A stretch of DNA of 64,000 bases from Bacteroidales bacterium (GCA_041907825.1 JAYRGN010000002.1:124924-188923), one strand, 5' to 3'; shown: positions 17,310 through 25,301, counted from the stretch's first letter. Notes: a model not told the origin generated them from the letters alone. Translations and numbers: made by a program.

Positions 17310-17324
17310 TACATTGCAAATGTA
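17310..17324. promoter_or_regulatory. candidate BlaI-family operator, palindrome TACATT-gca-AATGTA
   Basis: Perfect 6-3-6 inverted repeat containing the TACA/TGTA half-sites known for BlaI/MecI operators. It lies 17 bp upstream of the blaI-like ATG and overlaps its -7 box. Confidence 0.5.
17317..17324 (-). promoter_or_regulatory. Bacteroidota -7 promoter box TAcaTTTG for the blaI/blaR1-like operon
   Basis: Plus-strand caaatgta is TACATTTG on the minus strand, 24 nt upstream of ATG 17293. Confidence 0.45.
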
Positions 17325-17485
17325 AACGAAAAAAACAGTTTTACAACGAAAAACTTCGTTTTAAAACTAATTATTTCGTTAGTTGTTGAAATTTAGTAAA
17401 TTGAATAGCGCAAAAGAATCTTACTGTAAGCCTATGAAGAGTAGCGATAAGCTTCTTTAATCAGCTAACCTTTTATTGTTGAAGT

Positions 17486-17520
17486 GACTTTACCGATTTG
17501 TAAAACGACTTTACCGATTT
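17486..17520 (+). promoter_or_regulatory. direct repeat GACTTTACCGATTT x2 with 21-bp period, candidate LytTR-type activator site upstream of the LiaF-like/LytS/LytTR operon
   Basis: Identical 14-mers at 17486-17499 and 17507-17520, 28-62 bp upstream of the TAcaTTTG -7 box at 17548. Confidence 0.45.
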
Positions 17521-17547
17521 AAACTTGTGCTATACTTTCTTGCTGTG

Positions 17548-17555
17548 TACATTTG
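17548..17555 (+). promoter_or_regulatory. -7 box TAcaTTTG for the LiaF-like/LytS/LytTR operon
   Basis: Matches TAnnTTTG, 39 nt upstream of ATG 17594. Confidence 0.45.
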
Positions 17556-17593
17556 CGGCAATGGTTTAAGAACTGTAAAAAAAACGACGATAT

Positions 17594-18355
17594 ATGGTAA
17601 TGTTATCACGATTTCATCATCGGCATAAGCACAATCAGGTGAGCAGAATTGTATTTGGGTTGATTGTTATCTTGCTGGGCGCTTTACTGTTAGCAGATAA
17701 CATGGGTGTGCTGCCTCACGATGTAAAAGAAATGATACTCACCTGGCAAATGTTGCTTATTGCAATAGGCATTATTAATATGGCTAATCGCGAGTTTTTC
17801 TCTGGTTTTGTGCTGGTTTTTATTGGTGCATTTTTTCTGGCTTCACAGCGGGTAAACTGGGGTTTCGATTTTGCCAGTCTTTTCTGGCCAGTATTGCTGA
17901 TTGTCTTTGGGTTAATGATTCTTATCAAACTCGGATTTAATCGTCCTCGTTGCAGTAAGACTGAACGATGCGGAGGCATTTCCTCTCACGACGATGTGCT
18001 GGAAGATTCTGCTATTTTTGGCGGTATTAAAAAGAATATTGGATCCCAGCAGTTTAAGGGAGGTCATATTCTTGGCATATTTGGAGGTCTTGAACTTGAT
18101 TTTACACAGGCTCAGCTTGCTCCCGGTTCTAATGTTTTGGAAATGATCTTTGTCTTTGGCGGTTGTACGCTTGTTTTTCCTCCCGACTGGAAGGTCAGGA
18201 ATGAAGTTACTACTGTTTTAGGCGGTGTTGAAGATAAGCGCCGGTTTGTTCTTAATAATACCCAGACAGGCGAAGAATCTGTTCTCATTCTTAAAGGAGT
18301 GGCTGTTTTGGGTGGTTGCGAAATTAAAAGCTACCCGCGTACTGAAAATATTTAA
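17594..18355 (+). CDS. LiaF-like membrane protein (cell-wall-active-antibiotic response, DUF2154-like C-terminal domain)
   Basis: 253 aa; 4 predicted TM helices, then repeated FGG/LGG beta-type segments (AIFGGIKK, GIFGGLELD, FVFGGCTLV, VLGGVED, VLGGCEI); 2 bp upstream of the LytS-like kinase. Confidence 0.7.
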   Translation: MVMLSRFHHRHKHNQVSRIVFGLIVILLGALLLADNMGVLPHDVKEMILTWQMLLIAIGIINMANREFFSGFVLVFIGAFFLASQRVNWGFDFASLFWPVLLIVFGLMILIKLGFNRPRCSKTERCGGISSHDDVLEDSAIFGGIKKNIGSQQFKGGHILGIFGGLELDFTQAQLAPGSNVLEMIFVFGGCTLVFPPDWKVRNEVTTVLGGVEDKRRFVLNNTQTGEESVLILKGVAVLGGCEIKSYPRTENI

Positions 18356-18357
18356 TT

Positions 18358-19434
18358 ATGCATCCGCTGATTGCCAGCAAGCAGTTGCTCTTTATTTACA
18401 TTGGGCTTTGTCTGTTCATTATCCTGACTCATTTCACGGTAATGTACATGTTTTATGATTTTAAGCCTTTGAATGAACTGGTTGAAGCATCTGTATTTAC
18501 AATTCTGTATTTTGTTTTTGGTTTTTCGATTTGGTACACCATTCGAATTGAAATTCCTGAAAATGTCAGTAAATGGTCGGTAGCTGCCAGTCAATTAGGA
18601 ACTGCTTCGATTTTTCTTGCATTGTGGATATTATCGGGCAATGCTCTTTGTAATTACATCATTCCTAACGACCCTGAGTTTTCGCATTATTTGATTCAGA
18701 GTCTGCCTTTGCGTATTGCTATTGGTGCTTTTGGGTATGCCGTTACTGTGCTTTCGTTTTATCTTATAGTTTATACCCGCGATTTGCGCGAACGCAGCGA
18801 ACGCGAAGCTCTGTTGCAAACCAAAGTCAGGGAGGCCGAGCTGAACTTGCTTAAAGCTCAGATTAATCCTCATTTTTTGTTCAATAGTTTAAATTCCGCT
18901 TGTTCGTTAACTATTTATAATCCGGGAAAAGCACACGAAATGATTATTGAATTGTCTGATTTTCTCCGTTATTCTCTGGCTTATGGCAATAATCGATTTA
19001 CCCGGCTCGATAACGAGATAAAAAATATTCAACGTTATCTTTCAATCGAAAAGATAAGATTTGGTGATAAACTGATGTTTGAGTTTAAACTGGATCCCGA
19101 CAGTCTGGAAATGCTTGTTCCGGGTATGATGCTTCAGCCCTTGTTCGAAAATGCAATAAAACATGGTGTTTATGAAAGTTCCGAGCCTGTTACGGTTTTG
19201 TGCACATGCAAAAAAATGGAAAGCTATACCGAAATTGCTATTCATAATACATTCGATCCGAATGCTCCACCACGTAAAGGAACAGGTACCGGACTTAAAA
19301 ACATTCGGGAGCGTCTTAACCTTATTTACCATGAGGCTAACCTGTTATTTACCAAAAAAGAGACTACCGATTTTACTGTAATTTTGCGTATTCCTCATTA
19401 TTCTGTCATTTTCGATAATGTTCAAAACCTATAG
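18358..19434 (+). CDS. LytS/YehU-type sensor histidine kinase (His_kinase PF06580 type)
   Basis: 358 aa; multi-TM N-terminus; LKAQINPHFLFNSLNS H-region; QPLFENAIKHG N-box; GTGTGLKNIRERL G-box. Confidence 0.9.
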   Translation: MHPLIASKQLLFIYIGLCLFIILTHFTVMYMFYDFKPLNELVEASVFTILYFVFGFSIWYTIRIEIPENVSKWSVAASQLGTASIFLALWILSGNALCNYIIPNDPEFSHYLIQSLPLRIAIGAFGYAVTVLSFYLIVYTRDLRERSEREALLQTKVREAELNLLKAQINPHFLFNSLNSACSLTIYNPGKAHEMIIELSDFLRYSLAYGNNRFTRLDNEIKNIQRYLSIEKIRFGDKLMFEFKLDPDSLEMLVPGMMLQPLFENAIKHGVYESSEPVTVLCTCKKMESYTEIAIHNTFDPNAPPRKGTGTGLKNIRERLNLIYHEANLLFTKKETTDFTVILRIPHYSVIFDNVQNL

Positions 19435-19437
19435 ATC

Positions 19438-20187
19438 ATGCCCATACGAACTTTATTAATAGAAGACGAACAACCCGCCCGCGAACTGGTTAAACATTTC
19501 TTGTCCGGCTCGGACGATGTCGAAATTATTGGCGAATGTGCCGATGGTTTTGCCGGACTGAAAGCTATTCAGGATTTAAAGCCTGATCTGGTTTTTCTTG
19601 ATATTCAGCTTCCTAAACTTACAGGGCTGGAGTTGCTCGAATTGCTTGAAAATCCGCCGGTGATAATCTTTACAACTGCCTACGATCAATATGCAATTAA
19701 GGCTTTTGAGATGAGCGCTTTGGATTATTTGCTTAAACCTTTTTCTCTTGAACGTTTTAATGCTGCACTTGATAAAGCCCGTCAGCGAATTGTTTCAGGG
19801 ACGAGCGATAAGCCTGTTGTTGACAAGTTGCTTCAGCATCAGAGTGAACAACCCGGATTTCTTGATCGCGTGGCCATAAAGTCGGGAAGCCGGATTCATG
19901 TTGTTTCAACAGCTTCTATTCGCTACATCGAAGCTCAGGACGATTATGTAATGATTTACTGCGCAGAAGGTAAGTTTCTGAAAGAAAAGACTATGAAATA
20001 TTTCGAGGCTCATCTCGATCCGGATATGTTTGTCCGGATTCATCGTTCTTATATTATTAATGTACATGAAATTAAACAGATCGAACCTCTTGAAAAAGAA
20101 AGCTACGTGGTAATACTGAAAGATGGCGCCAAGTTAAGGGCCAGTGCTACCGGCTACAAAACATTAAGGGAAAGACTGGGTTATTAA
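19438..20187 (+). CDS. LytTR-family response regulator
   Basis: 249 aa; receiver domain (LLIEDEQ, DLVFLDIQLP, LLKPF); C-terminal LytTR DNA-binding domain (IRYIEAQDDYVMIY...FVRIHRSYIINV). Confidence 0.92.
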   Translation: MPIRTLLIEDEQPARELVKHFLSGSDDVEIIGECADGFAGLKAIQDLKPDLVFLDIQLPKLTGLELLELLENPPVIIFTTAYDQYAIKAFEMSALDYLLKPFSLERFNAALDKARQRIVSGTSDKPVVDKLLQHQSEQPGFLDRVAIKSGSRIHVVSTASIRYIEAQDDYVMIYCAEGKFLKEKTMKYFEAHLDPDMFVRIHRSYIINVHEIKQIEPLEKESYVVILKDGAKLRASATGYKTLRERLGY

Positions 20188-20205
20188 TCCGGTCTTTCCC
20201 TTTTC
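20168..20205 (+). terminator. intrinsic terminator overlapping the end of the LytTR regulator gene
   Basis: Stem gggaaagactgg / ccggtctttccc (one G-U pair) followed by tttt. Confidence 0.65.
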
Positions 20206-20229
20206 TGTAATGCTTTTGTGAGATTTATT

Positions 20230-20808
20230 CTATTCTCCTTTTATTCCCAGCTGTTCAATTTTTTCAAGCCATCTTGTCCGTCTATTTTCGTCCGAGCTTT
20301 TTACCGGACCTAAATGTGTGACGCGAACCGGTTTAATTCCGCAAAAGTTCAAAACAGCTTTCTTTAATGCATTTGTACCGGGACTGTGATAAATCCATTT
20401 GTAATACCACACCGGCGAATCCATTGTGGCAATAATCCGGGCCGATTTCCCTTTAAGCAATTTATCCCAGAAAACCGATTTTTCGCGATACTGAAAAGCA
20501 TATCCTGGTAAGAAAACTCTGTCGATAAAACCCTTGAGCAGAGCAGGCATGTTTCCCCACCAAATCGGGAAAACGAAAACCAGATGTGTAGCTTTTTTAA
20601 TGTCTTTTTGTATTTCAACAAGTTTTGGCTCCAATTCGGTACGCTTATGGTAACCATGTTCCAAAACAGGATTGAAATCGAGATCGGAGAGATGAACAAG
20701 TTTTACAGGAGTACCCGATTGCAGTACTCCTTTTTCGTATGCTTCTGCCAGTTGCGCACAAAAACTTTCCTTATCGGGATGTCCGTTAAGAATTAAAATG
20801 CTTTTCAT
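20230..20808 (-). CDS. flavodoxin-like fold NAD(P)H dehydrogenase (quinone) family protein
   Basis: 192 aa; MKSILILNGHP N-terminus and FVFPIWWGNMPALLKGFIDRV block typical of NAD(P)H oxidoreductases of the KefF/MdaB/general stress protein 14 type. Confidence 0.8.
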   Translation of the reverse strand: MKSILILNGHPDKESFCAQLAEAYEKGVLQSGTPVKLVHLSDLDFNPVLEHGYHKRTELEPKLVEIQKDIKKATHLVFVFPIWWGNMPALLKGFIDRVFLPGYAFQYREKSVFWDKLLKGKSARIIATMDSPVWYYKWIYHSPGTNALKKAVLNFCGIKPVRVTHLGPVKSSDENRRTRWLEKIEQLGIKGE

Positions 20809-20817
20809 GACAGGTGC

Positions 20818-21366
20818 TTATTTGCCGAGCGTAACTTTGGTTGAACCGAAAACAGTGCTGGTGCGCAGGTGTAATTCCTGACGGGAATGATCGAAAACAG
20901 GCGAACGATACTCAACACTTCCGAATGCAGCGGCAGTGCGGTCTGGTAATTTTACTTCGCCAAAAGCAGCATCCGAATGAACAACTACCGGAATAGAGTC
21001 GGGCAATATTACTTTCGATTCGCCAAAAACGGTACTGATGCTGATGTCGTCGGTTAAAACTGTGCTGTCGGTAACATTCGATAAATCTAATACGGCGTTA
21101 CCAAACACAACACTGTAATTATTTTTGCCTGGCTGATAAGTAAAAGTGTTATTTCCAAAAACGACACTGTTGCTGTCGACATAGTGCATGTTTCGTTTGC
21201 AACCTGCCGATCCGGTGAGCATTTTTATACCAATCCAGATAAAGAAAATAGCTAAGGCTATACGAAAGACGGGGATATGAATATGAAAAATAACGTTTAA
21301 TATCATGGATAACCCAAACAACATGATAATGACCCCGATAATGATTCCAATATTCATTTTTCTCAT
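20818..21366 (-). CDS. LiaF-like membrane protein (second copy in the window)
   Basis: 182 aa; two N-terminal TM helices, then seven xxFG(N/E/S) repeats (VVFGNN, VVFGNA, TVFGES, AAFGEV, AAFGSV, PVFDHS, TVFGST). Confidence 0.6.
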   Translation of the reverse strand: MRKMNIGIIIGVIIMLFGLSMILNVIFHIHIPVFRIALAIFFIWIGIKMLTGSAGCKRNMHYVDSNSVVFGNNTFTYQPGKNNYSVVFGNAVLDLSNVTDSTVLTDDISISTVFGESKVILPDSIPVVVHSDAAFGEVKLPDRTAAAFGSVEYRSPVFDHSRQELHLRTSTVFGSTKVTLGK

Positions 21367-21489
21367 GGTTTAAATTGATTTTATGTCACGAAAGTAAACG
21401 TTTGGGGTAAGCTTTTTTACTAAAAACCAGAACTTCCGGTGAATTTCCGGTGAATTTAAAAAAAACACCGGACAAATAGATTTCTTCTT

Positions 21490-22680
21490 TTATTTATATA
21501 AACGCATGCAGACTCTGCGGTTTTTTGCCCTGCCTGTTTCCGTTTTGTTATCGGCCAACGGGTTGGTGGCTCCGGCACCGTTTACAATCAATCTGTTTCT
21601 GGCAACACCTTTGGTTTGAAGATATTGTGCAACACTTTCGGCACGATTAACCGACAAGGTTTTATTCTTATCGAAAGAGCCTGTATTGTCGGTGTAGCCG
21701 GTTATTTCAATTTTAAAATCGAAATAACGGTTTACTGTTTCGGCGATGTTGTTAAGTGTTGACCTCATTTCGGGACTGATGGTGCTTGAATTAATGGCAA
21801 ATTCGGTGTTTGGCATAAAAAGCGAGGTGTTATTCGTGCTCTTTATCTCTGCATCTTTTTGCAGATCGGCTAATAACCTTTTATTTGTAATGCTGTCGGG
21901 TTCTGGTTTTCCTGAAGATTTAAACGAATTTGCGTTGAGCAGAACAGCCGAATCGTAAAAACCATCGCCAACATCGGCAATGCTTAGCTTGATGTGATAA
22001 ATATGGTAAGGAATCAGTTTAAAACCTGCCGATAACTTAGTGGTGAGCCCGTCGAATTGCAATGCCGAATGCAGGCAGCCATATTCGCTGTTATAAGGAT
22101 ATGAATTGGACACGTAATAGTTGTTGTTCGTCTGATCGTTAATGGTATTGATGCTGACCGGAAGCTGATTGCATGTTGCGATATTTTTGCAGGTATTGCT
22201 TGTTTTGTCGGTAACAAAAAAACCGAAAACGTCGTTAACGCCTTTGTTTACATATTCGGGATATTCTTCGGATGCGAAAATGTATTCGAATGCAATGCTG
22301 TCGCTGTTTGCTTCAAAGTCGAATTCGAGCGAAACTGCATCAAACGTTTTGCCTTGTGCGAGTATTTCTAACTCTTTATTGCCCGGTTCGTAGTTGTTTG
22401 TCCCGTTGTTTTGCCTGTCGTTGGGACCAATTATATCCCAACTGTTACCCGTCGAAAGAACAATTCCTTTTGCAAGAGGCAAATCTTTGCAATGATTGAC
22501 AAAAACGCCGGATGCAAATTTGTTTCCCGTATAACGAATATTAAAAGTGCGAATAGACTGACTGTTCTGAACAAAGTTTCTGACGAGATAGTTCGGGGTA
22601 TTGCAAGTATCAATAAGAATCTGCGAAAAAACGGACAGATGTAAGCTTAACAAGACAAACAGTAAAAAAGGTTTTTGCAT
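21490..22680 (-). CDS. choice-of-anchor-L domain / OmpA-family peptidoglycan-binding protein
   Basis: 396 aa; signal peptide; N-terminal GIVLSTGN...SLEFDFEANSDSIAFEYIFASEEYPEYV...NDVFGFFV blocks; C-terminal OmpA motif TGYTDNTGS...NRRV. Confidence 0.8.
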   Translation of the reverse strand: MQKPFLLFVLLSLHLSVFSQILIDTCNTPNYLVRNFVQNSQSIRTFNIRYTGNKFASGVFVNHCKDLPLAKGIVLSTGNSWDIIGPNDRQNNGTNNYEPGNKELEILAQGKTFDAVSLEFDFEANSDSIAFEYIFASEEYPEYVNKGVNDVFGFFVTDKTSNTCKNIATCNQLPVSINTINDQTNNNYYVSNSYPYNSEYGCLHSALQFDGLTTKLSAGFKLIPYHIYHIKLSIADVGDGFYDSAVLLNANSFKSSGKPEPDSITNKRLLADLQKDAEIKSTNNTSLFMPNTEFAINSSTISPEMRSTLNNIAETVNRYFDFKIEITGYTDNTGSFDKNKTLSVNRAESVAQYLQTKGVARNRLIVNGAGATNPLADNKTETGRAKNRRVCMRLYK

Positions 22681-22793
22681 AAGGCTTTTATAAGCAGAGA
22701 TAACCCAAAGACTTGTTTTGGCAAAGTAACATTCTATTTTTAAAAACTTTTATCCGTGCATCTGAAAAATTAAACAATAGCAAATAAGAAAAC

Positions 22794-23045
22794 TTACATT
22801 TTTACTAACAAAGGAACTATTGTTAACAAGAATGGTTCCTTTCTTGTTAACAATACAACCATTCTTACTAAAAATGTAACCATTCTTGTTAAGGATACAA
22901 CCATTGATGCAAAGAATGGTTCCTTTCTTAATAAGAATTGAACCATTCTTATTAAGGATACAACCATTCTTGCTAACAATGCAACCATTGTTGTTAAGAA
23001 TGCAACCATTCTTGTTAAGGAAACAACTATTGTTAACAAAATTGA
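22794..23045. repeat. tandem array of 12 x 21-bp units (consensus AACCATTCTTGTTAAGGATAC) with an 84-bp super-period and internal inverted copies
   Basis: Hand alignment shows an exact 21-bp register with no indels from 22794 to 23045. Terminal units are degenerate. GAATGGTTCC at 22830 and 22914 is the reverse complement of the unit head. Confidence 0.9.
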
Positions 23046-23205
23046 GAGAAGGGTAACGAAAACTGTGTGGATTGCTGTTTCTGTCCGAACCGTTGACGAT
23101 AAGGAATGAACCTTTTACCGGATGTTTTTAAGAATTGACGGCGCCAGTAAAAATTGGCGAAAAGACTAACGAAGGTAAGGGTTGAAGTAAGCCGGGTTTT
23201 GCATC

Positions 23206-23246
23206 AAATATAAAATAGCAGAGACGAGCACCGGTCCCGTCTCTGC
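23206..23246 (-). terminator. intrinsic terminator after the dsbD-like gene
   Basis: Stem gcagagacg / cgtctctgc (23218-23226 / 23238-23246). The plus-strand A/T-rich run caaatataaaata gives a U-rich tract on the minus transcript. Confidence 0.6.
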
Positions 23247-23258
23247 AAAAAGTTCAGC

Positions 23259-25301
23259 TTATTTTTTAAACGCTTTAATGCCGGCATCCAGAAAATCGGC
23301 AAACGCTTTTACATCATAATTCGCACCCGAAGGCTGTTCAAGCAAATTTCCATCGGAATCGAGCAAAACATAAAACGGTTGTGAGTTTGAGTTGAACCGC
23401 GAAGCCTGCAAATCACTCCATTTATTCCCAATTGTTTTAATGCTTTTGCCGCTGAGTTTCGAAACCGTTTGTTCTTCTTTGGCCAGATCCTTTTTGTCGT
23501 CAACATAAAGCTGAATAACAACAAAATCGTTCTTTAATTTCGAAAGAACCTGCTGGTCTGGCCAGACTCCTTCTTCCATTTTACGGCAGTTAACACAGGC
23601 ATGACCGGTAAAGTCAATGAACACAGGTTTGTTTACTTTCTTAGCATAAGCCAGACCTTCGTCGTAATCAAAGAAGGCATCGATGCCAAGAGGCGCATGA
23701 AAAAGATCGCTGTATTTATGGTTGCCGGTAGTTTTCGATTCATCGTTTCTCGATAAGTCGAAATCCTGAGTGGTTTTGGGAGGCAAAAAGGCCGCAATCG
23801 ATTTAAGCGGAGCGCCCCAAAGTCCGGGAATCATATAAATGGTGAAAGACAAAGTTATAATGGCCAGCATTAAACGAGGCGTCGAAACATGTTTTAAATC
23901 GCTGTCGTTAGGGAGTTTAAGTTTGCCAAGAAGGTAAATGCCCAATAAAGCGGAGATAACAATCCACAAAGAAAGGTAAACCTCTCTGTCAAACCAGTTC
24001 CAGTGATAAGCCAGATCGACATTCGATAAGAACTTAAGCGACAGAGCCAGCTCCAGAAATCCTAAGACAACTTTTATACTGTTAAGCCATCCGCCTGATT
24101 TGGGTAAAGCTTTCATCCAAGCGGGAAACATTGCGAAAAGAGCAAAAGGAAGAGCCAAAGCAATGGCAAAGCCCAGCATGCCAATGGCAGGACCGAGCAA
24201 CTGTCCCATTGTAGCCGCCTGAACAAGCAACGTTCCGATAATAGGACCGGTACACGAAAATGAAACTAAGGCAAGCGTAGCCGCCATAAAAAATAAACCG
24301 GCCCAGCCACCTTTTTCCGATTTACTGTCCATCTTATTAATCCACGACGAAGGCAGAACAATTTCAAAAGCACCCAGAAAAGACAAGGCAAAAACGACTA
24401 ATAATAAGAAAAAGAAGAAATTAAAAATGCCATTGGTCGAAAGATCATTGAGAGCATCGGCACCAAAAAGGACAGTAATGAGAAGGCCGAGAACAACGTA
24501 AATAACGATAATTGAAAGTCCATAAATCAGCGCATTGAAAATGCCTTTGCTTTTAGAGCTTTCTTTTTTGGTGAAATAACTTACCGTAAGCGGAAGCATA
24601 GGAAAGATGCAGGGCATAACAAAAGCGGCAAAACCACCTAACAGTCCGGCAATAAAAATAGCCCAAAGCGATTTCTTTTCGTTAGCAGGCGCTTTTACTA
24701 AGGTATTTGCCGGTTGAACTTTTACGGTAGAATCGGCAGGTTTTGCGGGTGCCGTCTGCGCTAAGGCTTTAGCGGTATCGGCTGCGGGTTTGGTCTCGGT
24801 GGCAGAAGTTGTGGCGGCAACCGTTTTATCTGTAGTTGCAGCTTTTGCGCCTTTTACCTGAAAAGAAAAATCGACATCCTCGGGAGGCAGACATTGATTG
24901 TCGTTGCAAACCATGAACTCGAGCGTTCCTTTTATTGTAGTTGCCGGAACTTTCAGTTTGATTTTTTGAGTAAAAACGGCTTTTTTTTCAAAAAAAGACA
25001 CGTCCATGTTAAACGCTTTTTCAAAGACTTTCTTCGGCTTGGGAGATTCGCTTGCTTTGCCAATTAACTGATAATCGGCAGAAGGAGTGAACTTAAAAGA
25101 AGTCGGAATTGGCCCGCCATCGGCAATAAACTGAGAGTATAAGTGCCAGTTGTTGTCAATTTTTGCAGTAAGCGTAAGCTCAAATTCCTGATCGCCCGTT
25201 TGTTTAGACGAAAAACTCCAGCTTACCGGCTTTAATATTTGCGCCTGAGTCATTAGTACACAACTAAGCAGCAAAAGAGAAAAAAGAAGCTTCTTTACCA
25301 T
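23259..25301 (-). CDS. dsbD: thiol:disulfide interchange protein DsbD-like (N-terminal domain, cytochrome-c-biogenesis-type TM core, C-terminal thioredoxin)
   Basis: 680 aa; signal peptide; TM core with FVMPCIFPMLP and FSCTGPI cysteines; C-terminal thioredoxin FTGHACVNCRKME (CxxC). Confidence 0.85.
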   Translation of the reverse strand: MVKKLLFSLLLLSCVLMTQAQILKPVSWSFSSKQTGDQEFELTLTAKIDNNWHLYSQFIADGGPIPTSFKFTPSADYQLIGKASESPKPKKVFEKAFNMDVSFFEKKAVFTQKIKLKVPATTIKGTLEFMVCNDNQCLPPEDVDFSFQVKGAKAATTDKTVAATTSATETKPAADTAKALAQTAPAKPADSTVKVQPANTLVKAPANEKKSLWAIFIAGLLGGFAAFVMPCIFPMLPLTVSYFTKKESSKSKGIFNALIYGLSIIVIYVVLGLLITVLFGADALNDLSTNGIFNFFFFLLLVVFALSFLGAFEIVLPSSWINKMDSKSEKGGWAGLFFMAATLALVSFSCTGPIIGTLLVQAATMGQLLGPAIGMLGFAIALALPFALFAMFPAWMKALPKSGGWLNSIKVVLGFLELALSLKFLSNVDLAYHWNWFDREVYLSLWIVISALLGIYLLGKLKLPNDSDLKHVSTPRLMLAIITLSFTIYMIPGLWGAPLKSIAAFLPPKTTQDFDLSRNDESKTTGNHKYSDLFHAPLGIDAFFDYDEGLAYAKKVNKPVFIDFTGHACVNCRKMEEGVWPDQQVLSKLKNDFVVIQLYVDDKKDLAKEEQTVSKLSGKSIKTIGNKWSDLQASRFNSNSQPFYVLLDSDGNLLEQPSGANYDVKAFADFLDAGIKAFKK

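Noticed and set aside
22794-23039. ORF-track 81-aa minus-strand ORF (MLTIVVSLTRMVAF...) as a bona fide protein gene
   Set aside because: The ORF exists only because the 21-bp tandem array happens to lack stops in that frame. It starts at TTG, I see no convincing promoter or -7 box, and it encodes a monotonous hydrophobic heptad. I keep it as an open possibility within the finding on 22794-23045 but do not call it a CDS.
22794-23045. CRISPR array
   Set aside because: The units are directly adjacent (21-bp period) with no unique spacers, and no cas genes occur in the window.
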